A stretch of DNA of 64,000 nucleotides from Promethearchaeota archaeon (GCA_011364925.1 RDOA01000004.1:13011-77010); one strand, 5' to 3'. Positions 37,870 to 48,751 are shown, counted from the stretch's first letter. Numbers and translations: made by a program. The notes: generated by a model from the sequence alone, not told the origin.

Positions 37870-39714
37870 TTACACAGTTCTTTTGAATATTTTATCTAAT
37901 TCTTTAAAAGAAAAGAATTTAAGAGTAGGTCTTCCATGCGCGCAATGAAATGAATCCTTACAGTGTGCTAGATCAATTAGCAATTTCCTAATCGACTCAA
38001 GAGACAAGTCGTCTCCGCCTCGAATACTTTTATGACACGATAGATAATTTATAATTTCTTCCAATTTTTCTGAAAAGCTTTTATCTTTCCCGATCTCCGT
38101 TATATCGCTAATTATTTCTTTAATTAGTTCTAAATTAGGAGTTTTACCCATTAATATAGGAACTGCTCTTAAAACGAAGGTGTTGCCTCTAAAATGCTCA
38201 AAATCAAAACCTAATCTAATAATTTCATTCATATTACTTTGTAAGAAAAATTTTTCACTAGGACTTACTTCAATCGTAAGGGGAGTGATTAATATTTGTT
38301 TCGACTTTTTTGAGTTTTCATAATAATCGTAAAAATACTCCTTGTTCACTCGTTCTGAAGCTGCGTGTTGATCTAATATGTAAAAACCACTCTCACCGTT
38401 TTCATTTATCCCTTCTAATAGAATGTAAGTCTTATTACTTAATTGACCGGTTTTTGATATTAATCGCATCTTAGGAAAATTTTTCAGATCTATATAATTA
38501 CCTCTTAGAAGTGTGTCTGCAGAGGATAGATCAGCATCATTATCAACAACATCTCCGTCTGTAAGGTTTAATTGTATCGATTTATCCAATTCATCGCTAT
38601 ACGCTTCATTTAATTCTTTCACTATTTTTTTAGGATCTTGGAAAATTGTTTTTTGATTGTCAGAATCTACACTACGCGTAAAATTACTGATTTCAGAATA
38701 AATATTAGTATCTTCTTTTTCTATAAATTTTTGTTCAACAAACTTGCGAACGATATTATACACTTTATTGAAGATATACTCTTCATCTTCAAATCGGATA
38801 TAAAGTTTTTTTGGATGAACATTAAAATCAATAATAACGGGATCTAATTCTAAGTTTAAAATAAAGAACGGATGTTTTCCTATCATCAAAGTTCCCTTAT
38901 AGGTTTCCTGAACTGCTCTGAATATGAGGTCACTAATCACATAACGCTTATTCAATATTAAGCTTGAGTATGATCTATTATCTTTTGAAATTTCACTGTG
39001 GCCTAGTAATCCGTGGATACTGATTTTATCTTCACTATAATTTATAGGCTCCATTAAATTCGCTACTTTTTTACCGTAAATGTGAAAAACTGTTGTTCTC
39101 AAATCATTCGAAGCTGGACAATTAAGAATAGTTAAATCATTATGTGTATAAATAAAATGTAAATGTGGGTAAGCCAGGGCGTAACGTTGTATGATGTCAG
39201 TGATGTGTCCCAGCTCAGTAGTGTCTTTCTTTAAAAACTTTAATCTAGCTGGAACATTGTGGAACAAGTTTTTAACTTTAATATCTGTTCCTATTTGACA
39301 AAAAACATTCTTTTTCTCTTTTATTACTCCATACTCCAGAATCAACTTCACTCCTTGATCATTTTCTTTTGTTCGTGAAGTTATTTCAACTTGACTAACT
39401 ATAGCAATACTCGCTAAAGCTTCCCCTCGAAAGCCTAAAGTCGTCAATCTTTCTAAATCTTCAATTCTATTAATCTTACTACTAGTATGTCGTTCGAACG
39501 CTATATCAATCTCATCTGGAGGTATACCTATACCGTCATCAATGATCTGTATTAACCCTTTTCCAGCCCTTTTCACAATTACTCTTATCTCTTTCGCTTC
39601 AGCGTCGATACTATTCTCTAGCAACTCTTTTACGACATTTGACGGTCTCTCAACAACTTCTCCAGCCGCTATCTTTTCAGCATCAAATATTTTCTTAATT
39701 TTGTTCCGTTTCAT
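37870..39714 (-). CDS. mutL: DNA mismatch repair endonuclease MutL
   Basis: IAAGEVVERP..VVKEL.ENS.DA, DDGIG, TLGFRGEAL, DFNVHP.K, DQHAASERVNKE, CAHGRPT. Confidence 0.95.
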   Translation of the reverse strand: MKRNKIKKIFDAEKIAAGEVVERPSNVVKELLENSIDAEAKEIRVIVKRAGKGLIQIIDDGIGIPPDEIDIAFERHTSSKINRIEDLERLTTLGFRGEALASIAIVSQVEITSRTKENDQGVKLILEYGVIKEKKNVFCQIGTDIKVKNLFHNVPARLKFLKKDTTELGHITDIIQRYALAYPHLHFIYTHNDLTILNCPASNDLRTTVFHIYGKKVANLMEPINYSEDKISIHGLLGHSEISKDNRSYSSLILNKRYVISDLIFRAVQETYKGTLMIGKHPFFILNLELDPVIIDFNVHPKKLYIRFEDEEYIFNKVYNIVRKFVEQKFIEKEDTNIYSEISNFTRSVDSDNQKTIFQDPKKIVKELNEAYSDELDKSIQLNLTDGDVVDNDADLSSADTLLRGNYIDLKNFPKMRLISKTGQLSNKTYILLEGINENGESGFYILDQHAASERVNKEYFYDYYENSKKSKQILITPLTIEVSPSEKFFLQSNMNEIIRLGFDFEHFRGNTFVLRAVPILMGKTPNLELIKEIISDITEIGKDKSFSEKLEEIINYLSCHKSIRGGDDLSLESIRKLLIDLAHCKDSFHCAHGRPTLKFFSFKELDKIFKRTV

Positions 39715-39913
39715 TCTCTTATTAATCTATTTTTAATGATTGAATTAAAAGTCTTAATATGTACAATAAAATTATCAAATATAAAATAAAACTCTATTAA
39801 GATTTAAATAATTACCGTCCAATAAAAAGAGTAAGAGCTACAACAAAATTCTTTTAAACCTCGATAAATACTAAAAATTAATCACTTCAAATAATTAATA
39901 ACTTGGCTACATT

Positions 39914-40834
39914 ATGGAGAAAGAAGTACACCACACTGTACACACCAATATGGTCTATTTTTTAATTGCGAATTTTGTCATTCTTTTTCTTTCCAGAGTG
40001 TTAGTTAATTTCTTCGATTTACCACCGTTTTTGGAAGGTTCACGGGATATTGATTTTAGAATTCTCCTTTTAGGTTTAAAAAATGGATTAACTGATTTTT
40101 ATAATCCTGTTGTCGTGCCACAAGGAGTACCCGATTGGCCCCCCTATTACCTTTACTTTTGGTATTTCATTTTTTTTCCTATGGGCTTAGTACCCTTCGA
40201 AATTGGAATACAAATATGGGATATTTTAAGGCTAATATTATCTTGTTATATTGTTCTCAAAGGATACAAGATCATTAAAAATAGAACAAATCTGCTGTGG
40301 TTTTATTTTACTATATGGGTGGGATTCATTATTGATAGCTGGTATAACAATTGTAATTTCTTAATAATATTCTTCTTAATAATGTCCTACAACTATTTAG
40401 AAAAGAGTAATATGTGGTTATCGGGGATATTTTTTGCTCTTTCGACAATTAAAATAAATTCGGTTTTGTTTATCCCAACTTTATTACTCATTAGGAAAAT
40501 TAAATTCAAGGATTTAGTTTATTACATTGTTCCTTTCGTTGTCTTATGCTTACCGTATATGATTTTTCCGGATTACCTCCTCCAAATGCTAAATAATTGG
40601 TCCAACAGTACTCCTGGTATTCAAGGACTTACGCCACTTGATCCAATAATATGGAAAATGGTCCAACCATCTCACTTGATGTTTTTGGGATTTATGCTTA
40701 TATTGTGTTTTGAGTATCTTGAGCGATTTGAGAAGGGACATAAAATTAGAACTATAATTGTTTCGATCTTAATATTGTTTTATATATATATCAGTATTAC
40801 AGTTTGGATTTTACCACTTATATTCATTTATTGA
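39914..40834 (+). CDS. GT87/DUF2029-like (GT-C) membrane glycosyltransferase
   Basis: DF motif after the first TM, PPYY.Y, NN.N, SG..FAL..IK, about 8 TM. Confidence 0.6.
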   Translation: MEKEVHHTVHTNMVYFLIANFVILFLSRVLVNFFDLPPFLEGSRDIDFRILLLGLKNGLTDFYNPVVVPQGVPDWPPYYLYFWYFIFFPMGLVPFEIGIQIWDILRLILSCYIVLKGYKIIKNRTNLLWFYFTIWVGFIIDSWYNNCNFLIIFFLIMSYNYLEKSNMWLSGIFFALSTIKINSVLFIPTLLLIRKIKFKDLVYYIVPFVVLCLPYMIFPDYLLQMLNNWSNSTPGIQGLTPLDPIIWKMVQPSHLMFLGFMLILCFEYLERFEKGHKIRTIIVSILILFYIYISITVWILPLIFIY

Positions 40835-43745
40835 TGTCTGCGAATTTTTCTTTTAAAGCTATAAGCTTTTGCATTGCCTCAATTGGAGTTAGAGAGTTTA
40901 TATCAATTTCAGCAATAATATTCGCTAAATCTAAAATATGTTCATCATTTACGCTTTCTTTTATTATTTTTGGTTTAAAAAAAGTAGTTTGCACATATTT
41001 TTTCTCCCTTTCGCTATTGGGACGCAATTTTCTGCTGTGGACAACTTGAGTGCTTGTAGCTTTTTCAACTTCAATAGTTTTTTCAGCTAATAATTTTTGA
41101 ATCTTATCTATTTCATCCTCAATCTGATTTAACTTTTTTTCTTTCGAATCTATATTTGAATTTAAACGATCTAGTGCAGATTCTTTTTCTTGGAGAATCT
41201 TATCGTAGTATTTATCTCGAACCATTTCATTTCCATTTTCTTTAACTGTAGCTTTAAAAGGATCCTTTTCTTCAATTTGGTCTAAGATTTCAAACGCTCT
41301 GATTATAACATCATCCGGAATGCCCGCTAATCGTGCTACATGAATTCCATAAGACTTATCTGTGCTTCCAGGTTTTAATTTGCGAATGAAATTGATGCTA
41401 CCATCGTCATTTTCAATAATATCGAGGTGATAATTTTTAATTCGGGGTAAACTAATTTCAGTTAATTGGTGATAGTGAGTACTAAAAAGAGTTTTTGCTT
41501 TCAATTTATGGAGTTTCTCCAGAGTTGCAAACGCAATACTCTGACCATCACTCGTACTCGTCCCTCGTCCTAATTCGTCTATAATTATAAGACTTCTTTC
41601 AGTAGCAAAATTCAAAATTTTAGCAGTCTCAGTCATTTCAATCATAAAAGTACTTAATTTTCTTGCTAAATCGTCAGAAGCACCGATTCTAGTGAAAATC
41701 TTATCAATTATTCCTAAATTCGCTGATTTAGCGGGCACAAAACACCCCATCTGAGCGATAATGCAAGTTAAAGCAATTTGTCGAATGTAAGTACTCTTCC
41801 CTGCCATGTTTGGCCCCGTAATGATTAGAATTTGTTCTTTGTTAGGATCTAAATAACAATCATTAGGGATGAATGGATCAGATATATTGATTTGCTCAAT
41901 GACAGGATGACGCCCTTCCTTGATTATAACTATATCTTCATTATTCATTTTAGGTCTGCAATAATTATACTTTTCTGCTATTTCCGCAAAACAGGCTAAT
42001 ACGTCGATATAAGCGATATTTCTGGCAGTTTCTAAAATATTTAAAGTTTTTTCAACAACTTTTTCTCTAATTGTGCAAAATATTTCATATTCCAATTCAT
42101 TTACTTTATCTTCTGCGTGAACAATTTTTTCTTCAAGTTTTTTTAGTTCGCTGGTTGTATATCTCTTTGCATTTTTCAATGTCTGGCGTTCTATGTATTC
42201 ATTTGGTATATTTGGGATTTCTTTTAATGTTCTTAGAGTAATTTGGATGTAGTAGCCAAGGATATTATTGTGTCCAACTTTTAAACCAGAATTTAGGTTC
42301 CATCTCTTCTTCTGGGATTTCTCATAGTCAAGAATATAGTTCTTACCATTCTGTAGGATGTCTCTTAAATCATCGATCTCCTCATTGAAACTTGATTTAA
42401 TTAATCCTCCCTCTCTAACTGTGATTGGAGGATTTTCTTTGATTGAGACCTCAATTAATTCTTGTACTTCTCTAAAATCCTCGATTTTGTGGTTGAATGT
42501 TGAAATTTCTGGAATTTTTGCGTTTATTAATATTTCCTTAATTTTAGGGATTATTTCTAAGGCATGCTTTATGTTAATTAAATCCCTCGCATTAGTATTC
42601 CGGGAATAATTGATTCGGTTTACATATCTTTCAAGGTCTCCTATGACTTTTAATTCTTCCCTTAATTCTGATCGCAAGAAAACATCATCTTTAAACTTCT
42701 GAACTATATTGATCCTCTGATTTATTTCATCTAGATCTGTTAATGGCTGGAGAATTATTTTCTTTAATAAACGGGCACCCATAGGAGTATGTGTTTGGTT
42801 GAAAATAGAGTAGAGAGAAGTGTCTTTGCCTTTTTCCCAGAGAGAACTGACTAACTCTAAATTCCTCTGTGTGATATAATCAAGATGTAATACATTTTCC
42901 TCGCGAATAAGGCTTATCTTAAACAGGTTCGGAATCACATCTCTTTGTGTTTCTTTCAAAAAAGCTAATAACCCTCCTGATGCCCGTATCGCTAGATCAT
43001 GATTTTCTAAGTCCAAACTATCCAAGTTGGAAATTTTAAAGTGTCTTTTGATCAAATTAGTTGTTTCATCGTATTCAAATGCTAAATCTTCGTAAGTTTT
43101 AATTAGAGCGTCATTCAAATCAGTTAATAACATGAAGAGATTGTCGTCTTTTTTTAAATCAGTAGGAACGATCACTTCAACCGGATTATATTGCGAAAAA
43201 ACGCTCAATAATTTCTCTAAAGCGTCTTGGTCAACTTTTAAAAATTCAGCAGTAACAAACTCTCCGGTAGAGAGATCAACAAAGGCAATCCCAAAACCTT
43301 TCCTTTCCTTCACGATCGAGCAGATATAGTTATTTTCGTTAGACTTTAACATATCTAATTCAGTAATCGTTCCAGGAGAGAGTATTTGAACGACTCCTCG
43401 CTTTACTATTCTTCCTTTTACCGTAGAAGGATCCTCTAATTGATCAACAACTACAACAGTTTGTCCTAAATTTACTAAATTCTTTAAGTAATTCCCAGCA
43501 TGGTGAGGAATTCCCGCAAGAGGATACGCGTCATTTCCTACTTTTCGTTTTGTTAATGTAATTCCTAAGAGTTTAGAAACTCTTACAGCGTCGTCATAAA
43601 AGAACTCGTAAAAATCTCCCATTCTATAAGCTATTAAATGGTTTGGGTACTTTTCTTTATAAGTCTCCTTCACACTGAACCAGTGTTTCATCATAGGAGT
43701 TAAATCTTTGAAGTTCTTGATCTCATTAGATTCTTCGTAAGACAT
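40824..43745 (-). CDS. mutS: DNA mismatch repair protein MutS (MutS1)
   Basis: TPMM, RMGDFYEFF..DA, ITGPNMAGKST, STFMIEM, DELGRGTS, STHY, SYGIHVA. Confidence 0.96.
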   Translation of the reverse strand: MSYEESNEIKNFKDLTPMMKHWFSVKETYKEKYPNHLIAYRMGDFYEFFYDDAVRVSKLLGITLTKRKVGNDAYPLAGIPHHAGNYLKNLVNLGQTVVVVDQLEDPSTVKGRIVKRGVVQILSPGTITELDMLKSNENNYICSIVKERKGFGIAFVDLSTGEFVTAEFLKVDQDALEKLLSVFSQYNPVEVIVPTDLKKDDNLFMLLTDLNDALIKTYEDLAFEYDETTNLIKRHFKISNLDSLDLENHDLAIRASGGLLAFLKETQRDVIPNLFKISLIREENVLHLDYITQRNLELVSSLWEKGKDTSLYSIFNQTHTPMGARLLKKIILQPLTDLDEINQRINIVQKFKDDVFLRSELREELKVIGDLERYVNRINYSRNTNARDLINIKHALEIIPKIKEILINAKIPEISTFNHKIEDFREVQELIEVSIKENPPITVREGGLIKSSFNEEIDDLRDILQNGKNYILDYEKSQKKRWNLNSGLKVGHNNILGYYIQITLRTLKEIPNIPNEYIERQTLKNAKRYTTSELKKLEEKIVHAEDKVNELEYEIFCTIREKVVEKTLNILETARNIAYIDVLACFAEIAEKYNYCRPKMNNEDIVIIKEGRHPVIEQINISDPFIPNDCYLDPNKEQILIITGPNMAGKSTYIRQIALTCIIAQMGCFVPAKSANLGIIDKIFTRIGASDDLARKLSTFMIEMTETAKILNFATERSLIIIDELGRGTSTSDGQSIAFATLEKLHKLKAKTLFSTHYHQLTEISLPRIKNYHLDIIENDDGSINFIRKLKPGSTDKSYGIHVARLAGIPDDVIIRAFEILDQIEEKDPFKATVKENGNEMVRDKYYDKILQEKESALDRLNSNIDSKEKKLNQIEDEIDKIQKLLAEKTIEVEKATSTQVVHSRKLRPNSEREKKYVQTTFFKPKIIKESVNDEHILDLANIIAEIDINSLTPIEAMQKLIALKEKFADINK

Positions 43746-44037
43746 TATATATACGAAATCAATTTTCAGAATTAAATATTACAAGACTATAAGTTTTTAA
43801 AAGAAATTTATAGTATTTATTAGAAAATTAATAATATGTGGTTTCACTAAATCCACGGTGTTATGTCCAATGTCTGAATCCATGGCTTTGGGAAATCAAA
43901 AAATTCAGGATAATATTTGTAGATTTCAGTAAAAATTAATTTGAATATAAACAATATGTCAATTTTAAAGTAGGATGCAAACTATATTCCAACCAATTCA
44001 CTAAACCTTTTTATTTCTTATACCATGTTTAAATCCT

Positions 44038-44823
44038 ATGAGCAATCAAGAATTAATCTTGTATGAAGTTGACAATCGCATAGCGACAATTACTATTAAT
44101 CGTCCAGATAAAGCACACGCTTTTAACATTGAGATGCTTCAAATGATGCATAGCCGGTTATTAGAGGCAGATGAAGATGAATCAGTGAAATGTATTTTAA
44201 TCAAGAGCACCGAAGAACGTTTCTTCTCAGCAGGATACGACCTAAAAGAAATCCAAGGTGCTCCTGAAAAAATGTCGCAAATTAAAGAGTGGGGTAGAAA
44301 AGTAAATGAAACAATGCTACTCTTAAAGAAACCGATTATAACGCAAGTTAAAGGAATAGCTGTGGGTTTTGGAGTATTGATGATATTAGCTTCCGATCTT
44401 AGAATTTTTGCTGAAAGGCCAAAGGAGGAACTATATCTAAGGCTACCAGAGATTGCTATTTCAGCATTTCCTCAAACAGGAGCAACTCTTTTACCTCTAT
44501 TAGGTTTTGGACTTACATACGCTAAAAATATGTTGTTTACTGCTGATAAAGCGGGTTTAGAGGATCTCAAAAATATTAATTTTCCAACTCGCGTTTTTCC
44601 TCTCGAGACTATTGATTTGGAAACAAGAAAGTTCCTTAAAATCTTGACTAAACATCAAACGGAATTTCTATTCTTTATAAAATCCATGCTAACAATTATG
44701 AACAAAGCTTATATTAAATCTTGCTTCGATTTAGAAGATGAGTGTGGTAAATTAGCGTTTGCGAAAAAATCAATGAAAGAATTAGACGATTTTATAAAAG
44801 CTTTGCACAAAAAATTTCCATAA
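44038..44823 (+). CDS. Enoyl-CoA hydratase/isomerase (crotonase) family
   Basis: ATITINRP, FSAGYDL, KPII..V.G.AVG.G, LPE. Confidence 0.85.
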   Translation: MSNQELILYEVDNRIATITINRPDKAHAFNIEMLQMMHSRLLEADEDESVKCILIKSTEERFFSAGYDLKEIQGAPEKMSQIKEWGRKVNETMLLLKKPIITQVKGIAVGFGVLMILASDLRIFAERPKEELYLRLPEIAISAFPQTGATLLPLLGFGLTYAKNMLFTADKAGLEDLKNINFPTRVFPLETIDLETRKFLKILTKHQTEFLFFIKSMLTIMNKAYIKSCFDLEDECGKLAFAKKSMKELDDFIKALHKKFP

Positions 44824-44852
44824 ATAACTCGATGAATTTTTTTATAACTGGT

Positions 44853-45695
44853 TTATTCCTTCTGATGTTTTTCTAGCCATATAAACATATCTTGAAACAC
44901 CTGCGCTCTACTCTTTTCAATCCATAATTCGTGAAGTAAACCATCATATTCCTTGTATGTTTTATCTTTAGCTTTCACATTTTCAAAAAATTCTTTAGTC
45001 GCTTCTTTATCGACGATTTTATCGTTTTGGGCTTGTATAATCAATGTTGGACAGAGTAAGTTTGCTGCATGTTCCATAGTCCATTTCATTGAACTTTCCA
45101 TTTCCGCCGCGGAACTAAAAGTTATTACTTCAGTTTTGTTTTTATCAGAAATGAGCTTTCGTAGAATCTTAACATCGCTAGTTAAAAGGTTTTGTTTTAT
45201 TTTCATATCAATAGTTTTATTAGGAGAGATTTTAGAAATAGATTTTTTACCCAATTTTTTACTTAAAGAGAAGTTTTTAGAATATCTCAATAAGGGGGAT
45301 GATGCAATAACTCCAGGTATGCTCGGATGATTAATCGCGAAAATTAAGGAAATCAGACCCCCAAAAGCTTGTCCCATTATAAAAATCTTTTTGTTATTGG
45401 CGTTTTCTTTTATCAGATCCATAAATAATACTATATCTTTCTGGATATGGTCCATGCTATCAATGTGTCCAGGAGTATCGCCTGCATTTCTCCAATGACC
45501 TCTAATATCAAATGCGTAAATAGCGTACCCATTTTCCGTGAAATACTCGGCTGGTACTTCCATTCTATCGGAATGGGAACCCCAACTATGTAGAGCTAAT
45601 ATGTAAGCGCTTACTTTGTTAGATTCGGGTAACCAATATTGATAAAACAGCCTTTTAGTTTCTCTTCCTTCAAAATAGCCTTTTTTGTTAATCAT
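44853..45695 (-). CDS. Alpha/beta hydrolase (monoacylglycerol lipase-like) lacking the nucleophile Ser
   Basis: YAFDIRGH, GQAFGG at the G-x-S-x-G position, PTLII...D.IV, Y.GL.HE. Confidence 0.8.
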   Translation of the reverse strand: MINKKGYFEGRETKRLFYQYWLPESNKVSAYILALHSWGSHSDRMEVPAEYFTENGYAIYAFDIRGHWRNAGDTPGHIDSMDHIQKDIVLFMDLIKENANNKKIFIMGQAFGGLISLIFAINHPSIPGVIASSPLLRYSKNFSLSKKLGKKSISKISPNKTIDMKIKQNLLTSDVKILRKLISDKNKTEVITFSSAAEMESSMKWTMEHAANLLCPTLIIQAQNDKIVDKEATKEFFENVKAKDKTYKEYDGLLHELWIEKSRAQVFQDMFIWLEKHQKE

Positions 45696-45878
45696 AAGAT
45701 TTAGCTCATCGAATAATTTTCAAATGGATACACATATTGATGAAATATACTCTTTATACTTTTCAATATATGAAAGTTGTTTGATGGCATTTACCTTAAA
45801 TTAGCAAAAATTTTTAATTTTTTAGAGAACTCTTTAAGAGTAAGTTTCATCCCAAAAAATTAAATTGATTTTAATCAG

Positions 45879-46475
45879 GTGTATAATATGAGTGAGTTGG
45901 ACTTAATAAAAATAATTTTGCTTGGTAGAGGTGGTATGGGAATCGTAACTGCTTGTGAAATAATAGCTGAAGCCGCATACTTAAGTGGTAATTTTATTGA
46001 TGTTCAAGCATATCCTTCCTTTGGAGCAGAAAGAAGAGGAGCCCCAGTCCAAGCATATGTAAAATTATCTAGAACTGAAAAAGTATACGATCGTTCTCAA
46101 ATTGAAAATCCTCATATCCTAATCGTTTTTGATGACAGTGTATTAACCGAAGAGATTGCTAACTCGTTAGAAAGAAATGGAATATTTATCGTAAATTCTG
46201 ATAAAAATCCTGAACATTTTGTTGCAAAATATAATCTTGATGAAAGTGTTAAAGTTATCGTGGCAGATATTAATAACTTAGCTCTTGAGAAAAATCTCAC
46301 TATAGACGGAAATCCTGTAATTAACACGCCAATATTAGGCCTCCTCTCAAAAGCTTTACCCGATTTACATTTGGAAAATTTAAAAGATGTATTATTAAAC
46401 AAAATGGGAGAACAATTAGGAAACCTTAACTATGAATTGATTGAGAAAGGTTATAGTATAGCAAAACTATTGTAA
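45879..46475 (+). CDS. porG: Pyruvate/2-oxoacid:ferredoxin oxidoreductase gamma subunit
   Basis: GRGGMG.VT, SFGAERRGAPV, NT.ILG. Confidence 0.9.
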   Translation: MYNMSELDLIKIILLGRGGMGIVTACEIIAEAAYLSGNFIDVQAYPSFGAERRGAPVQAYVKLSRTEKVYDRSQIENPHILIVFDDSVLTEEIANSLERNGIFIVNSDKNPEHFVAKYNLDESVKVIVADINNLALEKNLTIDGNPVINTPILGLLSKALPDLHLENLKDVLLNKMGEQLGNLNYELIEKGYSIAKLL

Positions 46476-46498
46476 ATTTGAGTTTACCTTAATGTTGG

Positions 46499-48751
46499 TT
46501 ACGTAATTGGCAACTTGACTACAAATGTACTTCCTTTATTCCTACCGGCAGACTCAGCTCTGATTTCTCCATTGTGTGAATCAACTATCTCTTTCGAAAT
46601 ATAGAGGCCTAATCCCGATCCCTGAATGTCGATGTATTCATAACCTTCGCCATATCGCTCTAATTTACCAAATCTTGTGAATAACATATCCATTTCCTCT
46701 TTAGATATACCGATACCTGTATCACTTATTGACAATTCTGCAGAATCCTCATTCTTTTTTAACTTTACAAGTATCTCTCCATTTGGTGGTGTATTTTTAA
46801 TTGCGTTTGTAAGTAGATTTACGATTACTTGCTCAATCCGAACTTTATCCACTTTAATTTGAAAAGAGTCTGGAATTGCGAGCTTTAATTTAATATTTCT
46901 TTCTCTTATTAAATATATCAGTTCATGTGAAATCTCTCGTATTATAGCACTCAAATCATTTTGTTCTTTCATTAAGTGAAATTTGTCGTATTCGATTCGA
47001 GAGATATCGATTAGATTATCAACTAAATGTTTCAATCTTTTACCTCCTTTTTTAATTAGTTCTACGATCTCTAATTCATCTTTGCTCAATTTTCCCCCAT
47101 GTATTGTTAACAGAAGTTCGCTCCCTCCAGTCACGGAAACTAGAGGGGTTTTTAACTCATGAGATACTCTTGAAATTAAGTTTTTCCGGAGTTTATCTAG
47201 CTCTTTTAATTTCTTAACTTCTTCATTAATTAAGAATTCCGCTTCTTTTTTAACCGTGATATCTGTAAATAGCGCTTGGACAAACGTTTCATCATTAATT
47301 TTTAATAAAGCTGCTTGCAGATTCGTCCAAAAGATAGTCCCATCCTTCTTCTGAAGCTTTACATCAATTCTATGCATTTCCTCCCCCTTTATGAATCTTT
47401 TAAAGAGGTCAAGAATTTTATTTAATTGATCTGGATGTATAACTGAAAGATCCATAAATTTACGACCAAGAGCTTCTTCAAGAGAGAAACCAAACATATG
47501 TTCCGCTTTAGGGTTCAGATCTATTACTTCTCCTTGAGTATTGATTAATACGACAGAAAATGGAGTATTATCATAAAGATTGCGGTACTTTTTCTCTGAC
47601 TCTCTTAACTTCTTTTCTAAATTATATTTCTCTGTAATATCGATGAATGTACCTTCAATTCCATAAGGAATTCCTTGTTTGTCTAACATTAAATGAGAGT
47701 TCAACTGCACTGTTATCTTTTTACCTCGTTTTGTTAAGGAAGGGCAAATGTAATTTTTAGCATGACCATCTCTTAATATCTGTTCAATGTATTGTTCTCG
47801 ATCATCAGGAAATTGCCAAAATTCAGTAACCTTCTTACCAATGAGACTTTCTGAATCTTCATACTCTAAAATTTTATTATGAGCGGGATTATGATTTAAC
47901 ATAATACCTTCGAGTGTCACTTGATAAAATCCAACATCTAGATTATTAATCATATCGCGATATTTAAGTTCGGAATCTTTCAATTGCTCTTCTGCTTTCT
48001 TTCTTTCAGTTATGTCTTCAGTACGCACAATTATTAAATCTGGATGAACGTAACCGTAGTTAACAAGGAAGTATTTATCTTCATCAGAGAATTGAAATCT
48101 ATATTTCATTTCTCGTTTAAGATGCTTTTTTTCCGTTTGACATTGATGTAAATCATTTAAAATATCTAAACGATCTTTGTACATCTCTGATGCCTTGTTT
48201 CCAACAAAGTTAATAACATTTCCTTTAGATATATCTATTGCTGCGTTGTTAAAATCAATTAAAACAAAATCGCCATCTACTTTTTTCCAAATATAAGCAG
48301 GTATGGATCCCTCTTTAAATAGTGCTTTGAACATAGCAGTTGATGCGCTCAACTTTTTTTCCGATTTCTTCCGTTCTGTTATATTTTTTGCTATTCCTAA
48401 TATAGCATATATCTCACCGTTTTTCTTTAGTGGTATCCCATATGTTTCCAAGTAAAGATAATCGCCCGTTTTCGTTTTAACTTTATATTCGCTTTGAGCC
48501 GATTGTTTTCCTGTTTTTCTTATTTCTTTAGTAATTTTATACGCTTTGACTAAATTATCTCTATCTAAAAGATCTATAAAAGTAAGATTAGGGATTTCTT
48601 CTCTATCAAAACCTAAAGCAATTAATGTTAAATCACTAGCATCAAGGAAATTTCCATTCAGATCGTTCACATAAATCAAGTCTAACGAGTGTTCAAATAG
48701 CTCTTTGTACTTTTCTCTAACCTCTTCTCTATTATACATTTTTTTTTTCAC
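46499..48751 (-). CDS. Cytoplasmic sensor histidine kinase with four PAS domains
   Basis: Four PAS/PAC repeats (NITERK, DITERK, DITEK, DITVK), SHELKTPL, NLLTNAIK, DTGIG, GSGLGL; no TM. Confidence 0.92.
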   Translation of the reverse strand: MKKKMYNREEVREKYKELFEHSLDLIYVNDLNGNFLDASDLTLIALGFDREEIPNLTFIDLLDRDNLVKAYKITKEIRKTGKQSAQSEYKVKTKTGDYLYLETYGIPLKKNGEIYAILGIAKNITERKKSEKKLSASTAMFKALFKEGSIPAYIWKKVDGDFVLIDFNNAAIDISKGNVINFVGNKASEMYKDRLDILNDLHQCQTEKKHLKREMKYRFQFSDEDKYFLVNYGYVHPDLIIVRTEDITERKKAEEQLKDSELKYRDMINNLDVGFYQVTLEGIMLNHNPAHNKILEYEDSESLIGKKVTEFWQFPDDREQYIEQILRDGHAKNYICPSLTKRGKKITVQLNSHLMLDKQGIPYGIEGTFIDITEKYNLEKKLRESEKKYRNLYDNTPFSVVLINTQGEVIDLNPKAEHMFGFSLEEALGRKFMDLSVIHPDQLNKILDLFKRFIKGEEMHRIDVKLQKKDGTIFWTNLQAALLKINDETFVQALFTDITVKKEAEFLINEEVKKLKELDKLRKNLISRVSHELKTPLVSVTGGSELLLTIHGGKLSKDELEIVELIKKGGKRLKHLVDNLIDISRIEYDKFHLMKEQNDLSAIIREISHELIYLIRERNIKLKLAIPDSFQIKVDKVRIEQVIVNLLTNAIKNTPPNGEILVKLKKNEDSAELSISDTGIGISKEEMDMLFTRFGKLERYGEGYEYIDIQGSGLGLYISKEIVDSHNGEIRAESAGRNKGSTFVVKLPIT

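Noticed and set aside
43746-44037. Small RNA or ORF in the mutS/crotonase divergent spacer
   Set aside because: Only a weak GTGG/CCAC pairing and very short ORFs; not enough support.
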